The notes under the pieces were generated by a model. The model made no database searches. It was given only the letters and a program-made list of their open reading frames with translations, and had not been told where the DNA came from. From positions 558,001 to 622,000 of the forward strand of contig JANJGN010000064.1 in assembly GCA_026770705.1 (NCBI GenBank): DNA of 64,000 nucleotides, in the 5' to 3' direction. Origin of the DNA: Isurus oxyrinchus. Its lineage: Eukaryota. Made by a program: the position numbers and the translations under genes. Every line of letters begins with the position of its first letter. Within the stretch, counting starts at the first letter, position 1. This document shows, piece by piece, positions 36,491-49,043 of this stretch.

Positions 36491-38217
36491 GTGGTTTACA
36501 AAATGATAATTAGTTAAATTTTGTGAAGAATGGTATAACATTTGCAATTCTAAAATTCTCTAGCATCGTCCGTTATAACTGAGCAGGATTGGAAATTTGC
36601 GGCCCACTGCCCTCCACAATTTCCAAACTTTCTTTCCTCAACACCCTGCCCCTGAACCAATCCAGGTGTATTATCAACATTTAAGAAAAGCCAGGTTTAT
36701 AATGCCGCCTCTTTCTACAATTGTCGTCCATCCAATTTCACAACTACGTCGAGTTTCATTCTGCCTTTGGTCGTGTTTTTCCTTCTTGGCAAACACGATA
36801 TAATCATCTGGTTCCAGGTGTGAAATTCCGTTTTAGTCCCTATTAGGCCAGTTACTGTTTTTGCAACCTTTTATATTTATATCCATAGAGTAAAAAAAAA
36901 CATCTGCTAGTCTATTCTCCCATTCACCCTTTACCTCTGAAATCTCTTAAGGCTTTCGTAAATGTACCCGTAATATCGTTTTTTTTAAGTGTGTGCGGCG
37001 GATAAAGGTCTAACAGGAAAAGAAAATGGCATCCACTGCATAACTTTTGCAATAACCCCGAACCGGTTATCATTCGGGTAACAGTGCAAACCCACAAGTT
37101 CATCAGGATGGAAAGAAGAGGGAGCAATTCTTAAGAACAAGGGTGCATGTTCGCTTCGAAGAGAATTTCGACCCTATTGTGGTTCTTTATATTCGCACGT
37201 CATTCTATATGCTTCCTCCCGACTTGAAAATGTTCAGCTCTTTACCTAATTAATTTGAAATAAGTAACCGCGTTATTGAGAACCGAACTTTGAACCGTCT
37301 GCAATATTAAATGTAAGAAACGATCCGCGGCGCTAAGTTACAAGCAACATCACCCAGCCCTGTTTTGAACTGTGTTTGATTATTTTGCAGCAAACTCGTT
37401 TGGAATTATTCATTTGCTATGGGGCTGTAGAGCAGCACGAATTGAGAATTTTCAGAAAGGAGCAATTGAAACGGATATCCAAACAGAAAGTTCTGGAATG
37501 TTTAAAAAGACGTGAGACACATGATACACCTGCTCCGTTTTCTCATGTTCTTACAGACACCGCTCAGAGGGAACACCAGGATTATACTGAACTTGGAATG
37601 GAAGCGGTGCTGATTCACCAGTGCGATTCCCGAATTCATTAGGTTTTTTTTGGAGTTAAAGATTCATCATCCTAGATTCGAATCAACATAGAAGTATACA
37701 GAATAGAGAGAGGCCATTTGCCCTATCCTGCTTGTACTGGCTCTTTGAGGGAGAAATTCGCCCACTGTCAATCCCCCCGACTTCCCTCCATCCCTGCACA
37801 ATTTTTTTTTCTACTTTCAGGGCTTCATATTTTTTTTTTCTGTTCCCTTGATTACAGGAGAATGAAGCGTGCTCTGGTTGAAGTTTTTAACCTGTTAAAA
37901 TGAATTGTTAGGTTAAACACGGAGAAGTCTTCTCCTCTGTTGGCAAGAACGGGATTGAATTTTAACATTTTGTTTTGCCACAGGTCCACAATGATTGTGC
38001 CAAATAACGGATATGTCAGGAAGCACTTATCACACTTGGAGCATCAGTAATCCCAGTAACAATTCATAAATTGATCGAGGCTACCCCAGTTTCGAGAGGG
38101 TGGATCTTTTCTTGGAAATAAACGAAACGTTACCTCAGTTCTCCTTGAAGATGTCAGCGTCCATTTTTCTGTCTTTTGTCGTTTTACTTACAATCAACAG
38201 CTTGATCCAAAAGGCAA

Positions 38218-38296
38218 CCCATAGACTGGGACTTCAAGCCTGGACCCTCAGGTTATATGTCTGATGCGCTACAGAGCTCTCTAGAGCTACTCGGCC
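38218..38296 (-). pseudogene. tRNA-Lys(TTT)-derived pseudogene
   Basis: gggacttcaagcctggaccctcaggttatatgtctgatgcgctac..gagcta aligns to the reverse complement of tRNA-Lys-TTT (GGGACTTGAACCCTGGACCCTCAGATTAAAAGTCTGATGCTCTAC). The anticodon is mutated and there is a small insertion. Confidence 0.7.
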
Positions 38297-41200
38297 TCTA
38301 CTCCCCATCACTGTCGAACAAGAGATATCATAAGCTTTTGTTCAATTTTACTGTTAGGTATTTCATCCTCTGCAGCGCATTCCTCTCAGAGGCAGACCGG
38401 CAGCCTCCCTTTGGCTTCATTTCACAATTATTCTAATTTGAACCAACTACTCGTTCCTTACCAGCAATGTATGATTTGACAACTCCTGTTGCCCAGGCAT
38501 CTGCGCTGGGCCTTTAAACCTTTGCAGTATTCGTCGGTTTTGGTAAGATATAATTGGAGCGGGAAGCTACAAAAGGCACAGAGGTAGATTTCTCAAGTGG
38601 ATTAAAAAAATCATATGGTGCTTGTTGTGGGAACCGGTGACACCGTCACACTGAAAACCACGAAGCTCATTCAGAGTAACGCGAGACATTGTGCAAATCA
38701 CAAAGTGTCGGGTTAAAGAAAGTGTCAACCCAAGGGTCTTATCAAAAAGGACTGCAACACTTATCCCTCCTCATTCATTCCTGGCGAACATGCAGTGACG
38801 CAAAAAATTCAACTCTCGCTCATCATTTTCGCCGGCAATATTTCAAATTGCTCCTTCCGCTTGAACCTCCCAAGGAAATGGTGATCCTGTTTGGCTTCAT
38901 TACATCGGCTCCTAATTCCCTACTGTGTTTCAGGACGTCATTGGTTAAATTTAAAACCATGCATTGACTGAAAGGATAAAGGTGCCACTGACATTTTAAC
39001 AGAGTATCTCATGTGTATTAAAGAAGCGTTTTAAATAACCAAGTCACAAGCCCAACACTGACCAGAGTTTACAAAGTAAAGTTCTGAATTGCATCCCACT
39101 TCTTCGCTGCAAATATTATTGTTCATTTGTGCGAATTGAAAACTTTCACCTGCACTGGGCTTTCAAAACTTTGAAGATTCTATTTCTTCAGGTGAGATAT
39201 TAAGTTGCAAGCATGAACGTTCTTCCTTTCCAGATAACAGTCCCTTCTTAATTCTTCCCTTGCAGTTCATTTCACCTCAATCACAGGCGCTGCATTCCAG
39301 ACCTTAAATTCTTCCTGCGAGAAAAAATAAAGTTTTATTTTTCTTCGTCTCAGTTTTTTTTTTAGCAACTACTTTAAATCTGCAACAGCTCGAACTTGAT
39401 CCTTTCACGAACGGGAACACTTTCCTCCCATCAAATCTGCTCAGGCCCTTCGTGATTTTCTATCCTTCTATCAAATCTCCATTCAGACTTCTTTTCTCCC
39501 AGAACAACAGTCCTAACCTCTACAATCTATCTTCCTAACTGAAGTTCCTCATCTCAGCAGCCATCTCGTGATTTTTTTTCTGCACTCCTTCCAGCATCCT
39601 TAATATCCTTCCTAAATTGTAGCGCCCAGAACCAGACGAGATGCACCAGCTGAGGCTGAACTCTTAGGGACACTTAGAAATCCTACTTATGTTATTCCAA
39701 TTACACCATTCTTCGTTTTTTTGTGCCATGTCGGTTGTCCTCATAGACAATCGCTTTCGATGTGATTCCATAACCAACACATCGGATCTAAGCTGTGCAG
39801 TTCTGTCACTTCCAGTCGTGAAAGACGGTGGACAATTAAACACTAATTGGGAACGAGGCCCCGAATATAAATGATGACCTCAGCAGCGAATCTTAAATTC
39901 AGGAAGCAATAAAATAAAAAGCTGTCAATGTGTTCCGAGGGTCGCTGCACCCCTACCCTGGTGTCCTGTGCCATCCTCAGTTCAAAGCTTCCCATAGTGG
40001 ACCAAACCTTATCGGTCACCGTCTATTCAGTGAGGTTCATCCCAGCAACAGTTTCCAGATGGAATGAAAGCGGAGAAAAACATTTGTTTTTACACAATTT
40101 AGTGGTTGATTGAGATGTCTTTAAAACCTTGTTTTTTTTTTTGCTGGAAAAACGTCTCAAATCCCTTGAGACGTTCGTAGATTGATCCGTAGGTGTCCCT
40201 CATTGTGTAGGTGCACACAGTGGATAAAGACAGAGAGGAAAAGAAAATGTAATATCCAGCACGACTTCTGCACTGACCCCAAAGCAGTTTTCATTCATGT
40301 AATATGGCAAACCCACTGGTACATTGGGATGAACTGAAAAGGGAGCGATACATAAGCATACCAGTGCACGTTCTTTTCAAAGGGAATTTCGATCCTATTG
40401 TGCTTCTTTATGTTCACAATCATTCCATATGCTTCCTCACGACATGAAAATGTTCAGCTCTTTGCCTGATTAATTTTAAATAAATAACAGCACCATTGAC
40501 ATCTGAACTCAGGATCGTCTGCAAGACTATATGTAAGACATGACCCACTCTACCACACTGCTAAGTCACAACAGTTATGTTTTGAACCGTATTTCACTAT
40601 TTTGCTGTAAGTTCATTGAGAATTCTTCATCTGTTACGGGGCTGTAGGGCAGCGCGAAATAAGATTTTTGAGGAAGGAGCTATTGAGGTCGACATTCAAC
40701 CAAGAAGTTCTAGACGGTTTGTGAAGCCGTGAGACACATGACACACCTGCCCCTATTTCTCATGTTGTTGCAGACACTGCTCAGAAGATACATCAGGATT
40801 ATGCTAAGCTAGGAAAGGAAGCAGCACTGTTTGACCAGTGGGCTCTGGAATTCAGCAGGTTACATCTGGAGTTAAATTTCATCATCCACGATTCGTATTA
40901 GCATTCAATGGGGTCAGCCGATAAATAGGCTATTTGGCCCATCCTGTCTGTGCTGGCTCGTTGAAGGAGAAATTCGCCTCAATCAATCCACCAGCCATCT
41001 CCCCGATCCTTACGAAATCGTCAGTTTTATTTTCAGGGATTAAATGTTTTTTCTCTTTTCTTCATTATAGAAGAATGATCTGATCGAGGCTTCTAACCTG
41101 TTAAAGTGAATTGTTAGTTTAAACACAGAGAAGCCATTTCACCCGGCAGGAAGAATGGGGTTGAATGTTGACTTTTGTTTTGGTCACAGTTCCACAGCGC

Positions 41201-41432
41201 AGGTGCCAGCCAAGCAAGAGGAATGTCAGGAAACATTCTTCACACAAGGAGTACGTGGAAACCCAGGAAGGAATTTAAATTGATCGAGGCTACCACAATT
41301 CCAAGACAGTGGATCCTTTGTTGGAAATCAATGTAACGCCGCCAGTTCCTCAGCTCCCCGTGAAGAATTCAGCGTCCAAGGCTGTCTCTTTGGTCGTTTC
41401 ACCGGGCGTGAACATCTTAAGCCGAAAGTGAA

Positions 41433-41505
41433 CAGCCAGACATGGACTTATCACCTGAACGCTCAGATTAAAATTCTGGTGCCCTAACGAAAGAGCTGCC
41501 CAGTG
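41433..41505 (-). pseudogene. tRNA-Lys(TTT)-derived pseudogene
   Basis: Same position in the next repeat unit. ctcagattaaaattctg retains the TTT anticodon, but the B box is destroyed. Confidence 0.65.
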
Positions 41506-42793
41506 AGAGCAGCCATCACTACTTAAAAAGAGGCGTCACAAGCTTTTTATGCATTCCCTTGTGAGGTGACTCATCTTCTGCAGCTCCTTTTTCCTCACAA
41601 GCAGACCAGCAGACTCCCTTTGGCTTCATTTTACAATTATTCTAATTTGCACCTACTACTCACTCCTGACACATGGCGTGTGACCTCGCAACTGTTGTGA
41701 GCCAGTTATCTGCACTGGGCATTTAAAGCTTTGAAGATTGCATTGGTTTCGGGAAGATATAATTGGAGTCGGAAGCTAAAAACTGAATAAACAATTTCTA
41801 ACGGTGTTTGTAGGGGGAACGTGTGATGACATCACATTGAAAAAACAAAGCTTCTAAATAGTCCAAATCACAAATTGTAGGGATGGAAATAGATCTGCCA
41901 GCCCAAGGACTTCATCAAAAATGCACCAACATTTATCTCTCCCCGTTTGTTCCTTCCTAAAGCGCAGTAACATAAATCATTCAAACTTTGCCCACAGTTA
42001 TCACCGGCAATATTTTAAAATGTTCTTCCCGCATGACTTCCCAAGGAAACAATGATCCTATCCGGCTTCATTATATAGTCGCCTAATTATCAATGCTGCC
42101 TCTGGACGTCAATGGTTTTATTTAATTCCATGCATCGACTTAATCGATGAAGACACATCTGACAATGAAAAGCAGAATCGCTTTTACATTAAACAAGCGC
42201 TTTAACCAACTAAGTCACAACGCCAACACTGAATAGAGCTTTGCAATGTAAACTTCAAAATTGTATCCCACTACTTTGCTGCAAACATTATTGTTCATCT
42301 CTTATTGGGCTGTATGAAAAGTTCGAATTGAGAACGTTCATCTGCACAGGGCTTTCAAAGCTTTGAAGATTCGATTTCTTTCGGTGAGATATTAAGTCAG
42401 ATAAATTCCAGTGAGAGGTACGAAGGGAGAGGGATTGATTTTGCGAATTGAGAAACTGCTTCACATAGTGCCTGTTGTGGGAATGTGAAGTCCTGGCAGG
42501 TCCCGGAGATGCTGTTGCTTTATTGTAGGTCAGATAGCACACTCACCCTCCGTTAATTGAAGATCAACCTCATTTCTGGACTCAAACACAGATCACTGGT
42601 TCTAGGTCTTTCCTTCCGACCATGGATTGGTCGACATGTGACTCCAGGCACAGAGCTCTAAACTGTCCCCCTGAATTGGTCTAGCAAAGCACTGGGTCTT
42701 ATTAAAATCGCAGTTGCAAAGAGCAATTAGGGACTGAGGAAATGCTGGTTTCAGCAGTCACAGATCACAGCCCTTCCCTTTTGTTCTTTTTGT

Positions 42794-42924
42794 GGCTCTG
42801 AAAAGAGCCATTGTTAGATATAGTGCTGAAAGCAGTTTTAGGGTCGCTCCCCGAGGATGCGGCGGGACAGCTGGATATCTTTCGGCCAGATGGTGACCCG
42901 CTTTAAGCGGATGGAGCGCAGGTT
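42794..42924 (-). pseudogene. 3' fragment of a replication-dependent histone H3 gene with histone stem-loop
   Basis: 42924-42838 translates NLRSIRLKRVTIWPKDIQLSRRILGERP*, collinear with H3 [28 protein letters not shown]. The canonical stem-loop GGCTCTTTTCAGAGCC is at 42809-42794, followed by a purine-rich downstream tract. Confidence 0.88.
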
Positions 42925-44079
42925 TTACACAGGAGTACTTTTTTCCTGTGCAAGCCCTTTTATAAAAATTCCTATCTTTCCAGTAAAGATTTGGAATTTA
43001 TATACAATACTGCTAACCTCTGATGCTGCTCCTGCGACCCCTCTCCTCTCCCGCCACATAAAACCAGGGAACTAAATGACAGCATCCATCATTTGTTCTA
43101 TGTGGCTGCGGGTGTAATTTATTAAAATGACATCTCATAGCACCAGCCCAGTTGTGGGATGGTTTTAGCGCTGAATACTGTGATGAAACATTTATCAGTC
43201 CATTACTTATTGACTTCTGAGAATGTTCAATTTATAGTACAATCCAGGTTTTCCCTTAAGTGGACTTTTATAGATAAAATTACCATGTCCCTGCGAGCTA
43301 ACTGGGAATGGCTTAATCTGCACAGTGATAGTGCAAATAAATGTTGAGCCTCATGCCAGGATCAATAGCCATGGAAATTAAGCCGGGAGCATGATGGGTG
43401 GCTGTTTTGGTGGTTCCGGAAAGTAACATATGTGACAACCACGTGGCAGAGCCAGAATGCTACTCCATTGTACTCAGTGTCTCATCATATGACTGTCCCC
43501 TCATCCTGAGGACCAATCAGTGAAGATTCGCTGTGCCGCCTCCAAATCACTAGTATCCTTCCTTAAAGATGAAGATCGAAACTGCAAATAATATTAAAGA
43601 AATGATGTCACCAAAGCCCTTTGTTTTTTAGCAAGACTTATTAATTCTTGAACTGAGATCCCCTTACAATACAGTCTAAAATGTACTGTCTTCAAATAAA
43701 CAAAATGTGTGTCTAAGTAAGGTTATGAAAAGTGGCATAGAAGTCGTCCAAAGGCAACATGAAGGAACAATTAAGTAAAGGAGACCGAACACAGCCCGCA
43801 AAGTAAATAAACAAGAAAGAAGATAAAGAAGGATATTAAGAACTAAAATTGATGAACTCATTTTTGGGTTCAGTGGCTGAAGCGTCCTGAGTCAGAAGAT
43901 GATCCACTTTTCCATAAGCTTTGATTTTGGTGAGGCCATTTATTCCCCAGGTTCTGTTCTATTATTTCTATTGTTTCCTAATTTCAATGTTGAAATCTGT
44001 CTATTTGTTGTACCTGTGTTCCTTATTCCCAAATTCCAAGCAAGCGGAAATAGTTTCCTCAACTGACCATATCCGCACC

Positions 44080-45400
44080 AGAGGTCCTAGTACATAAATC
44101 ATTAAAGTAGCTTGCATACAAGGTCCAGCAAGTGATTAGGAAGGCAAATTAAATGATGGCTTTTATTGAGGGAGAATGGAAGTTTTAGTGCAGCTGCACA
44201 GAAGATTAGTGAGCAAACGTCTGGAAAACTGTGTACAGTGTTGGCCACCATATTTTTAAAATATCGTCATGAAACGATAATATTTTTCGTAATATTATTG
44301 TTGGCTTATATGTGTGAATGTGGATGTTCCTGCCTAAGTGAATGAAGTAATTGAATTAGAGTCAGATAGACTGCAGGTTTGAAATTGTCGAAATAAAATA
44401 AGAGCAGGAAGACATCTAAATATGGATGAGGAGCAGGGTGTGAAGGAAATTTGCATTTTCAGATAATTGGAAGGTGGTTGGGTATCAAATGGATAGTAGC
44501 ATTTTTGCAACTAACAAGCTAAACAGGGCAAGGTTATTATGTTTATTTTTCCTAAAAGGAAACGGACTTTATTGACTTTCTGAATGATTTTTACAAAACG
44601 AGAAAATTAAACTTTCAAAGTCCTGTAGAACAATGGAATTTAGAGATTAGAATGAGAGGAACGTATAAAAAACGGATGAAAGACTGTACAGAGAGCGTTG
44701 CCATGTCGCATTGAAAGGTACACTATGTGAAGCAGTCCTTGGGAAACAGCCACTTTAGCAGACGTTTGCTACTTATACAAATATAAGGAGTTGCGTTGCA
44801 AGGCTTTGGTAATCCAATGCCGAGTACTTGGTGTGGTATCTTTGCATTATTGATTTTGTAGTTTCAAATCTATTTTAGGCTGCTGCCTTATAGGGGGAGT
44901 GGAGTTGGCAACCTGTTTAACTAAGAATTTTGGGAAATGCTACACTTAAATAACCGTGTAACTCTAATATTGTGTGTATTTATCGTTTTTTTTCCTTCTG
45001 TTAATAAATGTTTTACGATAATTAAAAATCCCTTAAGGTATTATTGGATTCATAGCCTCGGAGTTCAGTGCAAAATCCTTCTCGGAATAAATACAAATTG
45101 CCTGAACTTTTGTGATAAATGGCTAAGTTTCCCTTGTGCATTTGGCCCACCTGGCATACATCACCTGTCATACCAAATGCATAAGAAGCATTGCAGAGAA
45201 AGGTCAGTCAATTCTTTCCGAGGATGACGGGTTTAACTTATCAACGCGGTTTGGTCCTGTTTCGATTGGAGTTGGGAAGAAAGCGAGGAGACCTTCCTGA
45301 ATCATACCCGGTCCCGAAGGGACATGATCGGATGGAGTCGAGAAGTAGGGGACAGTGTAGAAAAAGGAGAGGTCTCCATTTTAAGAGGAAATGCGAGGTT
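44080..45400 (+). mobile_element. CR1 fragment interrupted by a solo LTR (LTR ~44265-45175)
   Basis: CR1 ..LENCVQCWPPYF stops at ~44262 and resumes with ..EALQR.. at ~45180. The insert starts cgtcatga, ends tcatacca, contains AATAAA, and resembles 60496-61291. Confidence 0.65.
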
Positions 45401-46139
45401 TTTTTACTCCTCGTAGAGCGGCGTTCTGTGTAATTTTACTTTTTGCTGTCTCCATGAACACTTTCTTTCAACCAAGGCCCGGAAATTAGGCGTTTGCATT
45501 GCATGGATGTCCTGAATGTTCATGACACGCAAAAGGCTCTTTCTCACTTGACAAACATTTTCTTCCACCTGCTGTGATGGGAATTGAAATTCACTGGTAA
45601 ATATGATCAAACAGTTTATGTTTTTTTTTGTAAAATGCACTTTTTTTTACTTCAGCTAACATTGCAAATACAATCTAACCGACCAGTTCACATGTTGATG
45701 TCCTTTTTGCTTTGTTTGATGTATTTCATGACTCTGCTGGGTGCTCTATTACATGCATCCAGCACTGCCAGTCTTAAAAAAATAAGCACCACAATCATAT
45801 TGCTCATTTTCCACCCCAGGTCGGTATGATTTATTTTTCATTTATGGGATGTGAGCGTCGCTGGCTAGGCCAGCATCTACAGCTGCTCCTAAATTACGCT
45901 AGAGAACTTGGTGATGTGCTGCCTTCTTGAACTGCTAAAGTCCATGTGGTGTAGGTGCACTCAGAGTGCAGTGAGAGATGGAGTTGCAGGATGTTCACAT
46001 CGGCATCTTTCTCTTTCTTCTGGACAACATTTGTTGTAAGGGACCTGAACAAAATGAATAATTGTCAGTATGGAGTCCCTATCTGAAAGAGGAAACGCAT
46101 CCGGTAGAGATGTTATAACACGCGTTCACTAGCCTCATG

Positions 46140-47300
46140 CGAAAGCAAGACTCAGTATGGTTTTTCGAAAGGGAAATCATGTTTAACCAAGTTATTAGAG
46201 TTCTTTGAAGGATAAGCATGTGTTATGGATGAAGAGGAGCACGTATGCTTAATATACTTGGATTTGCAAAAGGCCTTAGACAAGCTGCCACATCGAAGGT
46301 TATTGCAGAAAATAAATGTTCATGGTATAGGGGTAAGATATTGGCATGGAGAGAAGGCTGGCTGGCTGACAGAAAACAGAGTATGCATATGTGGGTCTTT
46401 GTCTGATTGGCAGGAAATACGACTGGATAGGGTTAGGTGCTGGGGTCATGATTTTTTACAATTTATATCAATCGCTTAGATGAGGAGATTTAAGTCATGA
46501 TGGAATTTTTTTCAGTTGGCACAGATAAAGTTGGGAAAGTTCTGAAGATTGCAAAAGGAACATGCAAATAGAAATATATGGATTGAGTTTTTGGGCAAAA
46601 ACCTACAGATGGATAATTATTTTGGAACATATGAAGATGTTCAATTTGGTAGGGAAAATAATAATAAAAAGAAACAAATTATTAATTACACAGAGAACGA
46701 CTGCAGAGTTCCAAGCTGCAGGGGGATCTAGGTGCCTTGGTTCATGAGTCACAAAAAGTTATTATGCAGGTACAGCACGTAATGTAGAAGTCGAATGCAA
46801 TGCTATCCTTTATTTCTAGAGGAATTGGAGACAAAAGAAAGGCTGTTAAGCTTCAGTAATACAGGGTAATCATGACTCCAAATCTGGAGAACTGTATGCC
46901 TTTTTTTCCCTTTACTTTAGGAAGGATGTAAGTGAGTTTGAGGCGGTTCAGAGCGGGTTTACTGGGTTGATACCTGGAATGAGCGGGTGCCTTATGAGCA
47001 TTGGTCGGACAGACTGCGTGTGTTCCTTGTAGGACAGTGGAAATGAGATGTTTTTTTTTCTCTCAGGTGACTATGCGACTTCAGAACATTCGGCCTCAGA
47101 AAGCAATGGAGGTGCTGTCATTTAAAATTTAAAAAAATACAGGTAAATAAGTTCTTGTGAGGCAAAAGTTTCAAAGGCTCTCGGCGCAGATGGGAATGTG
47201 GAATGCGAAATACAAACATATCATCCACGATCTTGGTGAACGGAGGAACAGACTCGAAGATCCATTTGATTTACTTCTGCTCCTATTTCCTATGTTCGTA
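46140..47300 (+). mobile_element. Decayed CR1 LINE (RT to 3' end)
   Basis: GFSKGKSCLTKLLEFFE, IYLDLQKALDKLPHRRLLQKINVHGI, RKDVSEFEAVQSGFTGLIPGM. Confidence 0.85.
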
Positions 47301-48099
47301 GCAAATGCACATATTGGAAATCTGAAGTAACAACAGAAATTCCTGTTATGCTCTCCAGACACTACTGCTTCCTGGGAGAGAGAAAATCTCAATCTTTCAG
47401 CTCTGTAAACCAAAGGTGTTGTCTGAGCTGCTGAGTGAAGCCAGCATTTTCTAAAGGCTGAAAGTCCTATGTTTTAATTATAGCTTGGTCCCTAGATTCA
47501 TGCCAATATTCAAAGCAGAGATTCAGCAAGATTACTGTAAACTCTCTGGATCTTAGTGTAATCAGTGATGAGGAGAAACCTATTCAACAAATGTTTATGA
47601 ATCTTTGAAGTACCCTAACACAGGGGATTGGGAGAGCTCAAAATATTTAAATCTGAGATCAATATATTATTTAATACTGAGGGGATAAGAGGATATGAGA
47701 ATAGCCCTGCGTCTATCCATCAGTCTGATGGGAAAATGAAAATGTTGCACATAGAGATCAAAGAGAGGGAAACTGAGAGACAAACAGACAGACATTCAAA
47801 AGGTAGAGAATGACGGGCAGAGACATGCGTCGCAATATTTTTGCTTCATTAGTTGGACATGGCAAAGAGAAAGACTTCCAGAGGAACAATGACACGCTCA
47901 GAAAATAGTTCAGGAAGTAAGACGCACACATAATAAAACACGTTTAAAGTGGAGATAGATTTCAATACGAGGAAGTAAGCAATGTTATTACGAACTTTTG
48001 GAGGACCAATATGGAAAGTCGCTACACTGTAAAAGCGAGGTTTTTGTAAAGTGTGGATGGGCAGTGAGACATTTCCCTCCATATACACAACGCTCATAA

Positions 48100-48620
48100 T
48101 GTAGCTCAATAAGCATATTGAATATTTTGGTTTCTAAATGGAGAAAGAGCATGTTAAGCCACTGGGGTCATGCTAGAACTTGAAGTTCTGCATTTACACA
48201 TTCGTAAGCAATCTTGTTAGTTTTGTTCACCACTCTTCAGCAAGGCATCAGAAAGGGGCTCGAGAACGTTCACTGGGGCGTTTTCAAGGATGAAATTGTT
48301 ATATTATGAGGTGTTGTTGGACAACCCCGGGTTGTTATACTTTGGACAAAACATTTTGAAAAATCACCAAATAGTGGTTTTCCACATCATGCGAGATTTG
48401 GGGAGGGTAAACAAGGAAAAAATCCCCTCTGTGTGTACATCAATAACTAAAGGTCATGGATTCAAATTCGTTGACAAAAGTTATGCAGATGACGGGAGCC
48501 GAGACATTTCCACTCGGAGTTGGTGGGATCTGGAAGGCTTGACATAAATAGGTGTCAGAAGATATTTTCGTGAATAATTTTAGATAGAAATTGTAAAAGC
48601 CTTTGCAGACGAGCATCTTA
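48100..48620 (+). mobile_element. Highly decayed CR1 3' fragment
   Basis: RTFTGAFSRMKLLYYE..LDNPGLL.. and TKGHGFK resemble the CR1 C-terminus. Confidence 0.5.
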
Positions 48621-48965
48621 GAAAACCACAATAAACAAGAACAACGCGGGAGCAATTAACAAAAACAACGCACACATGCACAAATACAAGCGCACGGAAA
48701 ATTGGCCTGCACATACCGTTGGGCACATCTAATTAAGCTTAAAGTGACAGTGACAATGTGAGAGAGGGAGAAAAAGAAGGGTGGCATTAATTTAGCTGAT
48801 ATTTGTGGTATTCATGACAGAAAATTCGTGAGCACACGGGGATGATTAAGAATGAGGAAAGCGACTTCTGTTGTTGAAAAGTTGTGCGATATGATACCGC
48901 ATAAGGCAGAACTCATCTCTAAGGAAATTGGTCAAATTTTGAAACTGAACGAAGAACAGAATTTG

Positions 48966-49043
48966 CGTAGTCGCAAGGATTTGAATCTGCTCAAAGGCAC
49001 GCTAATGCATTTGTATTTGCTTTCCGCACTCGGCCACAACTAT
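48966..49043 (-). pseudogene. tRNA-Ser (AGA-type) pseudogene
   Basis: cgtagtcgcaaggatttgaatctgc...aatgcattt...cactcggccacaactat matches both ends of the reverse complement of tRNA-Ser (CGTAGTCGGCAGGATTCGAACCTGC...CACTCGGCCACGACTAC). The middle is degraded. Confidence 0.7.

Larger units (their letters stand above)
36930..42400 (+). repeat. ~3.2 kb-period tandem segmental repeat carrying a tRNA-Lys pseudogene; further partial copies at ~17000-18850 and ~49930-51370
   Basis: Anchors: ggataaag (37000/40222), aaaatgttcagctcttt (37227/40447), ggagaaattcgcc (37750/40967), ctccctttggcttcattt (38405/41614), atcccact (39093/42265). The 39290-40140 part matches 17020-17900. Confidence 0.85.
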
